A stretch of 40,050 nucleotides of DNA from a virus (lineage: Duplodnaviria > Caudoviricetes). The notes below the pieces were generated by a model that was not told the DNA's origin, did no database searches, and worked only from the letters and a program-made list of their open reading frames with translations. The stretch covers positions 1 through 40,050 of IMG/VR virus record IMGVR_UViG_3300024331_000111; one strand, 5' to 3'. Within the stretch, counting starts at the first letter, position 1; the number at the start of each line of letters is the position of its first letter. Positions 8,441-16,645 of the stretch are shown here, one piece after another. A program made the position numbers and the translations under genes.

Positions 8441-9924
8441 GACTCTTGGACCGGCTCGCGGAGCGGTACAGTTTCCGCGACCAAGGATATTACGAAGGGA
8501 TGGCGAGTGGGGCGGCCGTCCTCCTCACCTACACCACCGACAGCAACCGGGAAAAGTCCCCGGTCGACGTTCTCACCAAAGCTGTCCAGGCCTACCAAAC
8601 CAACGGGATCGTCTACGCGTGTGTGTTGGCTCGGATGATGCTGCTGTCGGAGGCGTCGTTCAAGTTCCGTAGCCTCACCGACAAGCACCTGTACGGCAAC
8701 GAGAGTTTGCGTGTGCTCGAGTATCCGTGGCCGAACGCCACGGCGGGGGAGTTGTGGGCGCGGATTGAGCAGGATGTGTCTTACGCGGGGAACTCGTACT
8801 GGTGGAAAGCCGAACCTGATCTCCTCGTGAGGTTGCCGCCGGCTGAGGTGACGATCGTGTCCCGCGAAGTGAACCAGGCGGGACGCACCTACCGCGAGAT
8901 CATCGGTTACGACTGGCAGCCGAACCCGATGGCACCGGCGCAACCGAAACAGCCAGCCCAGTTCTTCACTGTCGACGAAATCGCCCACGTCTCCCCCTAC
9001 CCGGATCCGGTGGCGAACTTCCGCGGCATGTCCTGGCTGTCCCCGGTCCTCCGGGAGATCGACTCGGACATGGCGATGACAACCTACAAAACGCGGTACA
9101 TGGATCATGGGACACCGGTCACCGCCCTCAAGTTCACCAGACAACTCCGAGCCGACACCGTCGACAGTGTCCGAGAGCGCATCAAAGCGAAATACGGTGG
9201 CGTCAACAACGCCTGGGAACCCCTCATCCTCGACCAAGGCGTCGACCCCGTCGTTGGCAAAGGCCTACAAGAACTTGACTTCCGCCCCGTCCAAGCCGGC
9301 GGCGAACTGCGCATCTGCTCCGCTGCCGGGGTTCCACCCGTTGTCGTCGGTCTCCGCGACGCCGAATCGGGCGAGACGTATCAGACGGCGATGCGCCGTT
9401 TCGGTGATCTCACCATCCGGCCGCTATGGCGGCACACCTGTGCTGTTCTCGAGAAACTCGTCCCCGACATGCCCCCGCGTGGTGTGCAACTCTGGTTTGA
9501 CACCACCGACATCGCCGCGTTACAAGCCGCGGAGACCGAACGTGCTCAGGTCACCCAAGTTCACGCGGCGGCCACTCTCACGTTCGTTCAGGCCGGGTTT
9601 ATTCGTGAATCTGTGATCGCTGCGATCACCTCTGGCGACCTGTCACAACTTGTGCCCGACCCGAACGCTCCGACACCGGGCGTGCAGGAACGGGAAACGA
9701 TCGCTGTCGCCGACATGGGGCCACCGGTTACCGGCCCGGAGTCTGGTGTGGATTCGAACACAACAGGTGTCACCCGTCCCCCCCGGACCGGGACCCCGCC
9801 CGGTGGGGGACAGGTGCTCACCAAACCGCAAACGGCGGCGACGAAGAAACCGGCACCAGCCTCGTTCCCGACAGCCCCCTCGGCGTTGCCGGGCCGGCAG
9901 CCCGCGGCGAACGGGAAAGGATAA
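8437..9924 (+). CDS. HK97-type portal protein with Pro/Thr-rich C-terminal tail
   Basis: VYACV, GNSYW, EIAH, RGMSWL, ICSAAGVPP motifs; start at ATG 8437 by ATGA overlap. Confidence 0.92.
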   Translation: MRLLDRLAERYSFRDQGYYEGMASGAAVLLTYTTDSNREKSPVDVLTKAVQAYQTNGIVYACVLARMMLLSEASFKFRSLTDKHLYGNESLRVLEYPWPNATAGELWARIEQDVSYAGNSYWWKAEPDLLVRLPPAEVTIVSREVNQAGRTYREIIGYDWQPNPMAPAQPKQPAQFFTVDEIAHVSPYPDPVANFRGMSWLSPVLREIDSDMAMTTYKTRYMDHGTPVTALKFTRQLRADTVDSVRERIKAKYGGVNNAWEPLILDQGVDPVVGKGLQELDFRPVQAGGELRICSAAGVPPVVVGLRDAESGETYQTAMRRFGDLTIRPLWRHTCAVLEKLVPDMPPRGVQLWFDTTDIAALQAAETERAQVTQVHAAATLTFVQAGFIRESVIAAITSGDLSQLVPDPNAPTPGVQERETIAVADMGPPVTGPESGVDSNTTGVTRPPRTGTPPGGGQVLTKPQTAATKKPAPASFPTAPSALPGRQPAANGKG

Positions 9925-9928
9925 CTAG

Positions 9929-11017
9929 ATGGCCGAAATGGCGACAGCCAGCATCAACGACCTCCCCGACTCCGACTTCGCATACGTGGAGCCAGGCGGC
10001 ACGAAGGACTCGTCGGGGAAGACGGTGCCGCGATCGTTGCGGCACTTCCCGATCCACGACGCCGCCCACGTCCGCAACGCCCTGGCCCGGGCGCCACAGT
10101 CACCGTTCGGTGACAAAGCGATGCCGAAGATCAAAGCAGCGGCGAAAAAGTTCGGGATAGGTGGGGACGACGACCAACGCTCCGAGGCGAACGCACTCAT
10201 CTACATGCGCTCTGACACCGCCGCGCCACCGCTCGCCTACACCCGCTCGTTCGAGCTCACCGACATTCAACCGGTAGCCGACGGACGAACCGTCGAGGCG
10301 TACGCCGCGGTGTTCAACGTTGAAAGCCCGCCCATCCACGACGCCGACGGCAGCTACATCGAAACGCTCGATCCCGGCTGCTTCGACCGCGCGATCGAAC
10401 GTTTCCAACGATCCAAAGTCCCCGTCCCCGTCCTGTTCAACCACGGCATGACCCTGTTCCACACCCCCGACCCCCAAGGCGGCGTGCCGATCGGTGTCGC
10501 CGAAGAGATCCGAGCCGACCGCAAAGGCCTGTTCACCCGGTCCAAGTTCCACACCACCGCCCGGGCCGACGAAGTCCTCGAAGCGATCAAAGGCGGATCG
10601 ATCCGCTCATATAGTTTCTCCGGCGCGTTCCACCGCTCAGACCCGGCAGTCCCGATCGGCGGGTTCCGACGCAAGGGCGGCACTCTCCCCACGGTGCGCC
10701 GCACCGAATCAACCTTGCGGGAGTACGGTCCCGCCACGTTCGCTGTCTACTCCGACGCCGAGATAGTCGGAGTCCGAGCCGAGCAAATGCTCGGACTGCT
10801 CAACACGATGGCAGTCGACGAGCGCCAAAGGCTCGGCGAACTACTTCTCCGGTCAGATCCTGGTGAACTGGCCGAGATTGGCACCTCCGACGAAGAGTTG
10901 GAGCTTGTCTCCGGCGACTTGCCCACCGACGGGCACTCGGTCCGGTCCCCCAAAGAAGAAGCGCAGGCCCGTATGGCCGCCTTCATCGTTCGCCACGGAG
11001 GCAAACACTATGACTGA
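9929..11017 (+). CDS. HK97-family prohead protease with extra N-terminal domain
   Basis: EAYAAVFN, LFNHG, KGLF, SYSFSG, LREYG..TFAVYSDAEI. Confidence 0.9.
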   Translation: MAEMATASINDLPDSDFAYVEPGGTKDSSGKTVPRSLRHFPIHDAAHVRNALARAPQSPFGDKAMPKIKAAAKKFGIGGDDDQRSEANALIYMRSDTAAPPLAYTRSFELTDIQPVADGRTVEAYAAVFNVESPPIHDADGSYIETLDPGCFDRAIERFQRSKVPVPVLFNHGMTLFHTPDPQGGVPIGVAEEIRADRKGLFTRSKFHTTARADEVLEAIKGGSIRSYSFSGAFHRSDPAVPIGGFRRKGGTLPTVRRTESTLREYGPATFAVYSDAEIVGVRAEQMLGLLNTMAVDERQRLGELLLRSDPGELAEIGTSDEELELVSGDLPTDGHSVRSPKEEAQARMAAFIVRHGGKHYD

Positions 11018-12530
11018 CATCATCAACCAATATCGCACCCTGCAAGATCTGACCACTCGCATGAGTGCGATCCAAACCGAATTGAGAGAACTTGGCACTG
11101 ACCTCACCGAAGAGGAGGTCAACTACCAAGGTACTCTCATCGTCGAGTTCGAGGAACTCGAGACGAAAGCCGAGCCCTTGCGGGCGCGGATGGCGAAACT
11201 CGATCGTGTCGCCAAAGCAGCCGCCGAACCCGAGAATCGGGAAGAGACCGGAGGCGTGAAAGAAGCGGCCCGGACGGGACAAGCACCCGAGATGTTCACA
11301 CGGTCGACCATCGACCGCGACCCATTCAAGGATCTCGACCCTGAACGTCTCGAGAGTGGATTCGTTCGCGCCGACGAAATGCGCGCCCGGTCAGCGGCGC
11401 TCATCGAACTCGACGAGAAACGCGGCGAGATCGTCCACGACCGGGCCGAGGTCGCCTATTCCCTGTCGCAAGGGATGGGCGTCGGCCAAAGCAAGGGCGG
11501 CGTAGCCAAACACGTCCTCCTCACCGGCACCCAAGAATACCGAGACGCCTTCCGGGCCTACATGGAAGACCCCCTCAGCTTCAACCCGAGAACACTGCTC
11601 AACATGAGCGACGACGGCCGCTACCGTGCCATCAACCTCACGAACGCATCAGGAGGATTCCTCCTACCGTACGTCCTTGACCCGAGCATCGTGCTCACCA
11701 ACGCCGCCTCCTCGAACCCGTTCCGGCGAGTCTCCAGGGTTGTGCAAACCACATCCAACGCGTGGCAAGGCGTGAACAGCGCCGGTGTCACCGGTGCGTG
11801 GATCGCAGAAGCCACGACCGCCGCCGACATGTCCCCCGTCGTCGGGCAAATCCAGATCAACCCCGTCAAAGGCGCCGTCTGGGTGCTCGGTTCATATGAA
11901 GCGTTGGACGACACGAACTTCGGGGAGCAGCTCCCCGGGCTTCTCTCTGACGCCCGTGACCGGCTCGAGTCCGCTGCCTTCGCGACCGGTTCCGGCACAG
12001 CCCAGCCCCTCGGGATCATGGCCGCTCTCGGCACCGGTTCCCGAGTCGCCCCCGCCGCCACCGGGACAGCGTTCAACGGCACCGCCAGCAACGTCGACGT
12101 CTACAACCTGCAAGCGGCACTGCCGCCCAGGTTCCGTAATTCGGCCGGCGCCGCATGGCTCGGGAACATCAAAATCCTCAACGGTGTCCGCGCGATCGAC
12201 CAATACGGAGGCGGCTCGTTCTGGACCAACTTCACGTCCAACACCCCCGCCGCGCTCCTTGGTCAGCCGATCTACGAAGCGTCCGACCTGCCAGGCGTCA
12301 CAACCGGCACCTCCGCCGCATCCGGCACCGGTTCCGCGACTCTCGTGTTCGGGGACTTTGGCCAGTTCGTGATCGCCGATAGAGTTGGGGTCAGCATGCT
12401 GTACGAACCTATGATTAAGGGCAGTGGTAACGCTTCGCTGCCCGCTGGGCAAGCAGGCTGGTATATGTTCTGGCGCACGTCTTCGGCCGTGTCCACAACA
12501 GCCGCTTTCCGGTATCTCACAATCAGTTAG
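11010..12530 (+). CDS. HK97-fold major capsid protein with N-terminal scaffold domain
   Basis: GGAGG RBS; coiled-coil N-terminus; GGFLLP, W..E, GSGTAQPLGI, LLGQPI, FGDF. Confidence 0.95.
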   Translation: MTDIINQYRTLQDLTTRMSAIQTELRELGTDLTEEEVNYQGTLIVEFEELETKAEPLRARMAKLDRVAKAAAEPENREETGGVKEAARTGQAPEMFTRSTIDRDPFKDLDPERLESGFVRADEMRARSAALIELDEKRGEIVHDRAEVAYSLSQGMGVGQSKGGVAKHVLLTGTQEYRDAFRAYMEDPLSFNPRTLLNMSDDGRYRAINLTNASGGFLLPYVLDPSIVLTNAASSNPFRRVSRVVQTTSNAWQGVNSAGVTGAWIAEATTAADMSPVVGQIQINPVKGAVWVLGSYEALDDTNFGEQLPGLLSDARDRLESAAFATGSGTAQPLGIMAALGTGSRVAPAATGTAFNGTASNVDVYNLQAALPPRFRNSAGAAWLGNIKILNGVRAIDQYGGGSFWTNFTSNTPAALLGQPIYEASDLPGVTTGTSAASGTGSATLVFGDFGQFVIADRVGVSMLYEPMIKGSGNASLPAGQAGWYMFWRTSSAVSTTAAFRYLTIS

Positions 12531-12544
12531 TCCACTCTGCTAAA

Positions 12545-12588
12545 CTAGCTCCCTGAGACGGGACCAATCCCCGTCTCAAAGGAGCTAG
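12545..12588 (+). promoter_or_regulatory. Stem-loop after capsid gene that sequesters the HNH gene RBS
   Basis: CTAGCTCC-C-TGAGACGGG / CCCGTCTCA-AA-GGAGCTAG; ATG at 12591. Confidence 0.75.
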
Positions 12589-12590
12589 CG

Positions 12591-13262
12591 ATGAAACTCT
12601 GTCAGATTGAAGGGTGCGACAAGGCAGTATGGGCTCGAGGGTGGTGCTCAATGCACTACTACCGGTGGCATCGGACCGGCGATCCACTCAAGGCTCGTCC
12701 CAAGCTGCCGCCTCATTTGCCTTGTTCGGTGGAGGGTTGTCAGCAACCTAATGAAGCAAATGGGCTTTGTCGTACGCATCGGGCTCGTTTGCGTTACAGC
12801 GGTGACCCGGGATCAGCAGAACGTAGGAGGTCCGGTCCTCCTCCTAAGCCACCTGCACCATGCGCTCTCGAAGGATGCGAACGGCCAGCGGCATCTCGCT
12901 TCAATGGTGAAGGCCCGTACTGTCGATTGCATTACGAACGACAGAGGCTGGGGAGACCGATCGGTCCAGTCGGCTTACTGGATGCTCCAGATGGATCCGG
13001 CACTGACAACCAGGGCTATCGGCGCATTCGGGTACCAGACGGTCGTCGGATCATGGAACATGTGTATGTGATGGAGCAGCAGCTTGGCCGCCGCTTGGAA
13101 CCCGGCGAGAATATCCATCACCGGAACGGAATAAAGACGGACAACCGCATCGAGAACCTGGAGTTATGGGTGACGATGCAACCGACGGGCCAACGCCTCG
13201 AGGACTTGATCGCCTTCGTTGTTGAGCATTACCCGGATGAGGTGCGTAAGGCACTGAGTTAG
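12591..13262 (+). CDS. HNH homing endonuclease with three Cys/His zinc-finger-like repeats
   Basis: C..EGC...C..H x3; EHVYVMEQQLGR, IHHRNGIKTDNRIENLEL. Confidence 0.92.
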   Translation: MKLCQIEGCDKAVWARGWCSMHYYRWHRTGDPLKARPKLPPHLPCSVEGCQQPNEANGLCRTHRARLRYSGDPGSAERRRSGPPPKPPAPCALEGCERPAASRFNGEGPYCRLHYERQRLGRPIGPVGLLDAPDGSGTDNQGYRRIRVPDGRRIMEHVYVMEQQLGRRLEPGENIHHRNGIKTDNRIENLELWVTMQPTGQRLEDLIAFVVEHYPDEVRKALS

Positions 13263-13265
13263 TTC

Positions 13266-13331
13266 GTCGGTGCGGGTTCGGTTTCCCTCTCAGGTCCGGG
13301 CCTGCACCGACAACCAAACCTGAGAGGAAAC
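13266..13331 (+). promoter_or_regulatory. Hairpin whose loop is complementary to the downstream RBS
   Basis: GTCGGTGCGGG/CCTGCACCGAC stem; loop GTTTCCCTCTCAGGT pairs with ACCTGAGAGGAAAC. Confidence 0.6.
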
Positions 13332-13334
13332 AGG

Positions 13335-13922
13335 ATGCATCCAACTGTGATCGCCCGCGAGGCGATTTTGACTCACAACGCGTTGCAGAAGGGGGGGGAG
13401 CTCGCCGGGTTTCTTTGTTTGTTGATGGATGTCGAACCGAAGGTGGTGGTGGAGATTGGTTCGGATGCTGGGGGGACGTTGTGGGCGTGGCAGCAGTTGC
13501 CGTCTCATCCGCGGGTGATCGGCGTGTCGTTGCTGGATGGTCCGTTTGGGTCGGGGGCGCGGGTTGAGGTTGTGGATCACGGGTCCGAGTTCGTGCATGG
13601 CGACTCGCACGACACGGAGACGTACCGGGAACTGGTCCGTCTGCTCGGCCATGACGAGATCGACGTCCTGTTCATCGACGGGGATCACAGCTTTAAGGGC
13701 GTGAAGGGGGATTTCGAGATGTTCTCTCCGCTTGTACGGCCGGGTGGGGTGATCGCGTTTCACGACATTTGTGATCATCCGTCGGTGCCGGCGTGCAAGG
13801 TGAAGGCGTTTTGGGATTCGTTGGAGTGGGCTGGTGGTCGTGAGGAGATTGTGACGGATCCGCCGGTGTGGGGCGGGATTGGTGTGTTGCGGGTCCCGGT
13901 GTGCGAGGAGGTGACGGCGTGA
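13335..13922 (+). CDS. Class I SAM-dependent methyltransferase (Methyltransf_24-like)
   Basis: VVEIGSDAGGT, GDS, IDVLFIDGDHS, GGVIAFHD. Confidence 0.9.
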   Translation: MHPTVIAREAILTHNALQKGGELAGFLCLLMDVEPKVVVEIGSDAGGTLWAWQQLPSHPRVIGVSLLDGPFGSGARVEVVDHGSEFVHGDSHDTETYRELVRLLGHDEIDVLFIDGDHSFKGVKGDFEMFSPLVRPGGVIAFHDICDHPSVPACKVKAFWDSLEWAGGREEIVTDPPVWGGIGVLRVPVCEEVTA

Positions 13923-14152
13923 TCACGGTTGCACAGATGTATGAACTGGATCGGGCGATTCCTAGGAATGGTGATTACGAGTGGGTGGCACCACGATCGG
14001 TCATTGATGACTTGGCAAGGGAGATTGATCTCGCGGCAGGACACGCACATCTGCCTGTAAGACCCGTCTGTCTGCTCGGGCGCCCCTTAGTGATAGATGA
14101 CACGGTCGAGGGGCTCGGTTGGCGCGAGATCGAGGATGAGGTGATCTGCTGA
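13919..14152 (+). CDS. Hypothetical protein
   Basis: GAGGAGG RBS; GTGA and TGATG coupling. Confidence 0.6.
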   Translation: MITVAQMYELDRAIPRNGDYEWVAPRSVIDDLAREIDLAAGHAHLPVRPVCLLGRPLVIDDTVEGLGWREIEDEVIC

Positions 14153-15216
14153 TGACCCAGACGTTCAACAGGGCCGCGGAACGCTTCCTCGAGCCACGCA
14201 CGCCGTCGAAGACGCTCACGTTCGGTTCCATGCCGCACTCTTACGACGGGTCGTCGTATTACCGGATCTGGTTGCCGTTCAAGCATCTGTCGGAGAACAG
14301 TCTGCACGTCGTCGGTGTCGCCGCACCGGATGGGGGGCAGATCACTCCGCAGATGGTCGAGGGTATAGATGTCCTCACGTTGCAGCGCCCGGCTGGCCGG
14401 CAGGGGATGCAAATGTTGGAACGCCTCACCGGGCAGACCAGGCTGGTGTACGAGGTTGATGATGACATGTTGCAGGTCGACCCGGCGGGGTTGCCTCATT
14501 TGTATGACGAGAAGGTGCGGGAAACGATCCGTCGCTGTCTCCGGTTGTGTGATGCGGTTACCACAACGAACGAGTACTTGGCCGAGACGGTCCGGCCGTT
14601 CAACGACAACGTGTTTTTGTTGCCGAACTTCGTGAAGGCGGGGATGCTCACGCTCGCCCGGCCGGCGAAACCCAGCCCCAACCTGGTGACGGTCGGCTGG
14701 GCGGGCGGCACTTCCCATCTGGTTGACATGGTCGACGTCCAAGATGTGTTGCGCGACGTGGTGTTGGATAATGACAACGCCGAGTTGCATTTCGTCGGGT
14801 TCGACTTTTCACCCCTGCTGGGTGGGTTGCGCTCAAGGTGTCGTCAGACGAACTGGTCGCAGGACGTGGGGGAGTATTACAAGAAGGTTGATTTCGACAT
14901 CGCTATCGCCCCGTCTGCCGATATTCCGTTCAACCGGTCGAAGACGGCGATCCGGGCGTTGGAGATGGCGGCGTTGGGTATCCCGATCGTGGCGTCGAAC
15001 CGCCTGCCATATTCCGAGTTTGTGATCGACGGGAAGACCGGGTTCCTGGTGGACACCCCGGACGAGTGGCGTGACCGCCTCAACGAGCTCATCCACGATC
15101 CGGCGATGCGTGTCGAGATGGGCGCCGCGGCACGGGAGCAGGCCGCCGAGCACACGATCGAAGGTAACTGGCAGCTGTGGGAGGCCGCGTACGAAAACGT
15201 GGCCGGCCAGTCCTAA
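14152..15216 (+). CDS. GT-B fold glycosyltransferase (GT4-like)
   Basis: YYRI..P, YEVDDD, VGWAGG..H, DIAIAP...FNRSK..RALEMAALGIPIVAS. Confidence 0.92.
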   Translation: MTQTFNRAAERFLEPRTPSKTLTFGSMPHSYDGSSYYRIWLPFKHLSENSLHVVGVAAPDGGQITPQMVEGIDVLTLQRPAGRQGMQMLERLTGQTRLVYEVDDDMLQVDPAGLPHLYDEKVRETIRRCLRLCDAVTTTNEYLAETVRPFNDNVFLLPNFVKAGMLTLARPAKPSPNLVTVGWAGGTSHLVDMVDVQDVLRDVVLDNDNAELHFVGFDFSPLLGGLRSRCRQTNWSQDVGEYYKKVDFDIAIAPSADIPFNRSKTAIRALEMAALGIPIVASNRLPYSEFVIDGKTGFLVDTPDEWRDRLNELIHDPAMRVEMGAAAREQAAEHTIEGNWQLWEAAYENVAGQS

Positions 15217-15282
15217 TTCCTAGATGTAGCACCGAAACACCACGGCCGCGTGGCCGCATAACTCAAATAGAAAGGCAGCCGC

Positions 15283-15774
15283 ATGGCCCAAGTTCTCTAT
15301 CACGGCTATTCGCCGCAGTTCACGATGGCGGCAGCGTCAGCGACGTTACCGGCGTTCCGTATCGCTAACACCGACACCGCCCACGCCCTACAGATCAAGA
15401 AGTACCGGATCGGTATGGCCGGTACCGGCTCGGCGTCGTGCACGTTCCAGGTGTTCTGCGAGTCGACCGGAGCCTCCGCCGCCGGGACATCAACCGCTCT
15501 GACCGCTATCAGCCAAGTGGGTGGGCGCGTCCTCGCTGCGGGTGGTATCGCCGTGTCCGGATGCAACTACACGGTTACGCCGACCTCCGCGGTGTTCCAG
15601 ATCGTCGACGAGATCACTCTGGTGAACAATCAGACGATCGTTTACGACTATCCGTGGGGTGACGAGCCCGACTGCGTGTTGGGGACGGCCACGGGTGGCG
15701 CGGGTGTTGGTGTGCTGTTGTCGTCGGGTACGCCGGTGGCGACCACTATCGACATGTGGATCAGTCGGATCTGA
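15283..15774 (+). CDS. Hypothetical beta-rich, possibly virion-associated protein
   Basis: AGAAAGG RBS; Thr/Ala/Gly-rich. Confidence 0.7.
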   Translation: MAQVLYHGYSPQFTMAAASATLPAFRIANTDTAHALQIKKYRIGMAGTGSASCTFQVFCESTGASAAGTSTALTAISQVGGRVLAAGGIAVSGCNYTVTPTSAVFQIVDEITLVNNQTIVYDYPWGDEPDCVLGTATGGAGVGVLLSSGTPVATTIDMWISRI

Positions 15775-15775
15775 C

Positions 15776-16123
15776 GTGCACCCCACCAGACGTATTCTGC
15801 TCGTTGCTACCGTACTGGTCGGCGTTGTCACTACCGGGGCGGCACACGCCGCGCACGCGGCCACACCTGTCTGTTCTGTGACGGGTTCGACTGTCGGTCA
15901 GCCGCTCGTGTTGACAGCCTCGGGGTTGAGGCCGAACACTTATTACGCCGTCAACTGGATCTGGCCGGACGGCAGTCAAGCTGACGCGCCGACCAGCACC
16001 GACGCGTCTGGGGCGTTGACCAGCCAGGAGACCGCCTATTTCTCGGGGACGACGACGGTGCAGGTTGTCGATGAGCACGGCAATCGGGCCGTGCAGTGTT
16101 CAGCGTCGATCACTGTCGCCTAG
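15776..16123 (+). CDS. Secreted Ig/Fn3-like small protein
   Basis: GTG 15776; signal peptide RRILLVATVLVGVVTTGAAHAAHA; mature part has SGLRPNTYY and two terminal Cys. Confidence 0.65.
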   Translation: MHPTRRILLVATVLVGVVTTGAAHAAHAATPVCSVTGSTVGQPLVLTASGLRPNTYYAVNWIWPDGSQADAPTSTDASGALTSQETAYFSGTTTVQVVDEHGNRAVQCSASITVA

Positions 16124-16131
16124 ATCCGTGG

Positions 16132-16644
16132 TTGGCCACGGAACGGTTACTGGACCGTCTGACAACCGTCCACAGCCCGTGTTCTGAACCTGTCGAGGAT
16201 CGTTTCTTCGCGTGGCATGCGTTGCCGCTCAGGGAATGGTTCGCCGGGATGGTGGCAGCCCGAAACTATCTGATCGACCGGAACCGCTGCTGGACTGGTA
16301 GCGAGTCGTTCCTCGATGTCGGGTCCGGTTATGGCACGAAACTCGCGTTGGCTGCCGAGATGGGCTGGCGGGTGCAAGGTGTCGAGCGTCACGGTCCATA
16401 TAGGGAAGTGTCGAGGAGGTTGTTCCCGGAGATCCCGGTAGTGGTTGCCGAGGCCGCGTCGTTCGGCGGGTATAGCGGTTTCGATCTCGTGTACTCCTAC
16501 CGGCTATGCGTCGATCTGGAGGATCAGCGGCGTCTCACGGACCACATCGTTTCGGAGATGGCGCCCGGGGGGTTGCTGTTCCTGGCCGGTGGTCCGGACC
16601 CGGTCGGTTTACGCCATGTGACCGGCCAGGTGTGGGTGGTGTGA
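16132..16644 (+). CDS. Class I SAM-dependent methyltransferase (start uncertain)
   Basis: FLDVGSGYG, GVE, FDLVYSY, MAPGG. Confidence 0.85.
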   Translation: MATERLLDRLTTVHSPCSEPVEDRFFAWHALPLREWFAGMVAARNYLIDRNRCWTGSESFLDVGSGYGTKLALAAEMGWRVQGVERHGPYREVSRRLFPEIPVVVAEAASFGGYSGFDLVYSYRLCVDLEDQRRLTDHIVSEMAPGGLLFLAGGPDPVGLRHVTGQVWVV

Positions 16645-16645
16645 C

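Noticed and set aside
13335-16644. Restriction-modification or DNA methyltransferases
   Set aside because: No DPPY/NPPY or PCQ catalytic motifs; they resemble small-molecule or glycan methyltransferases
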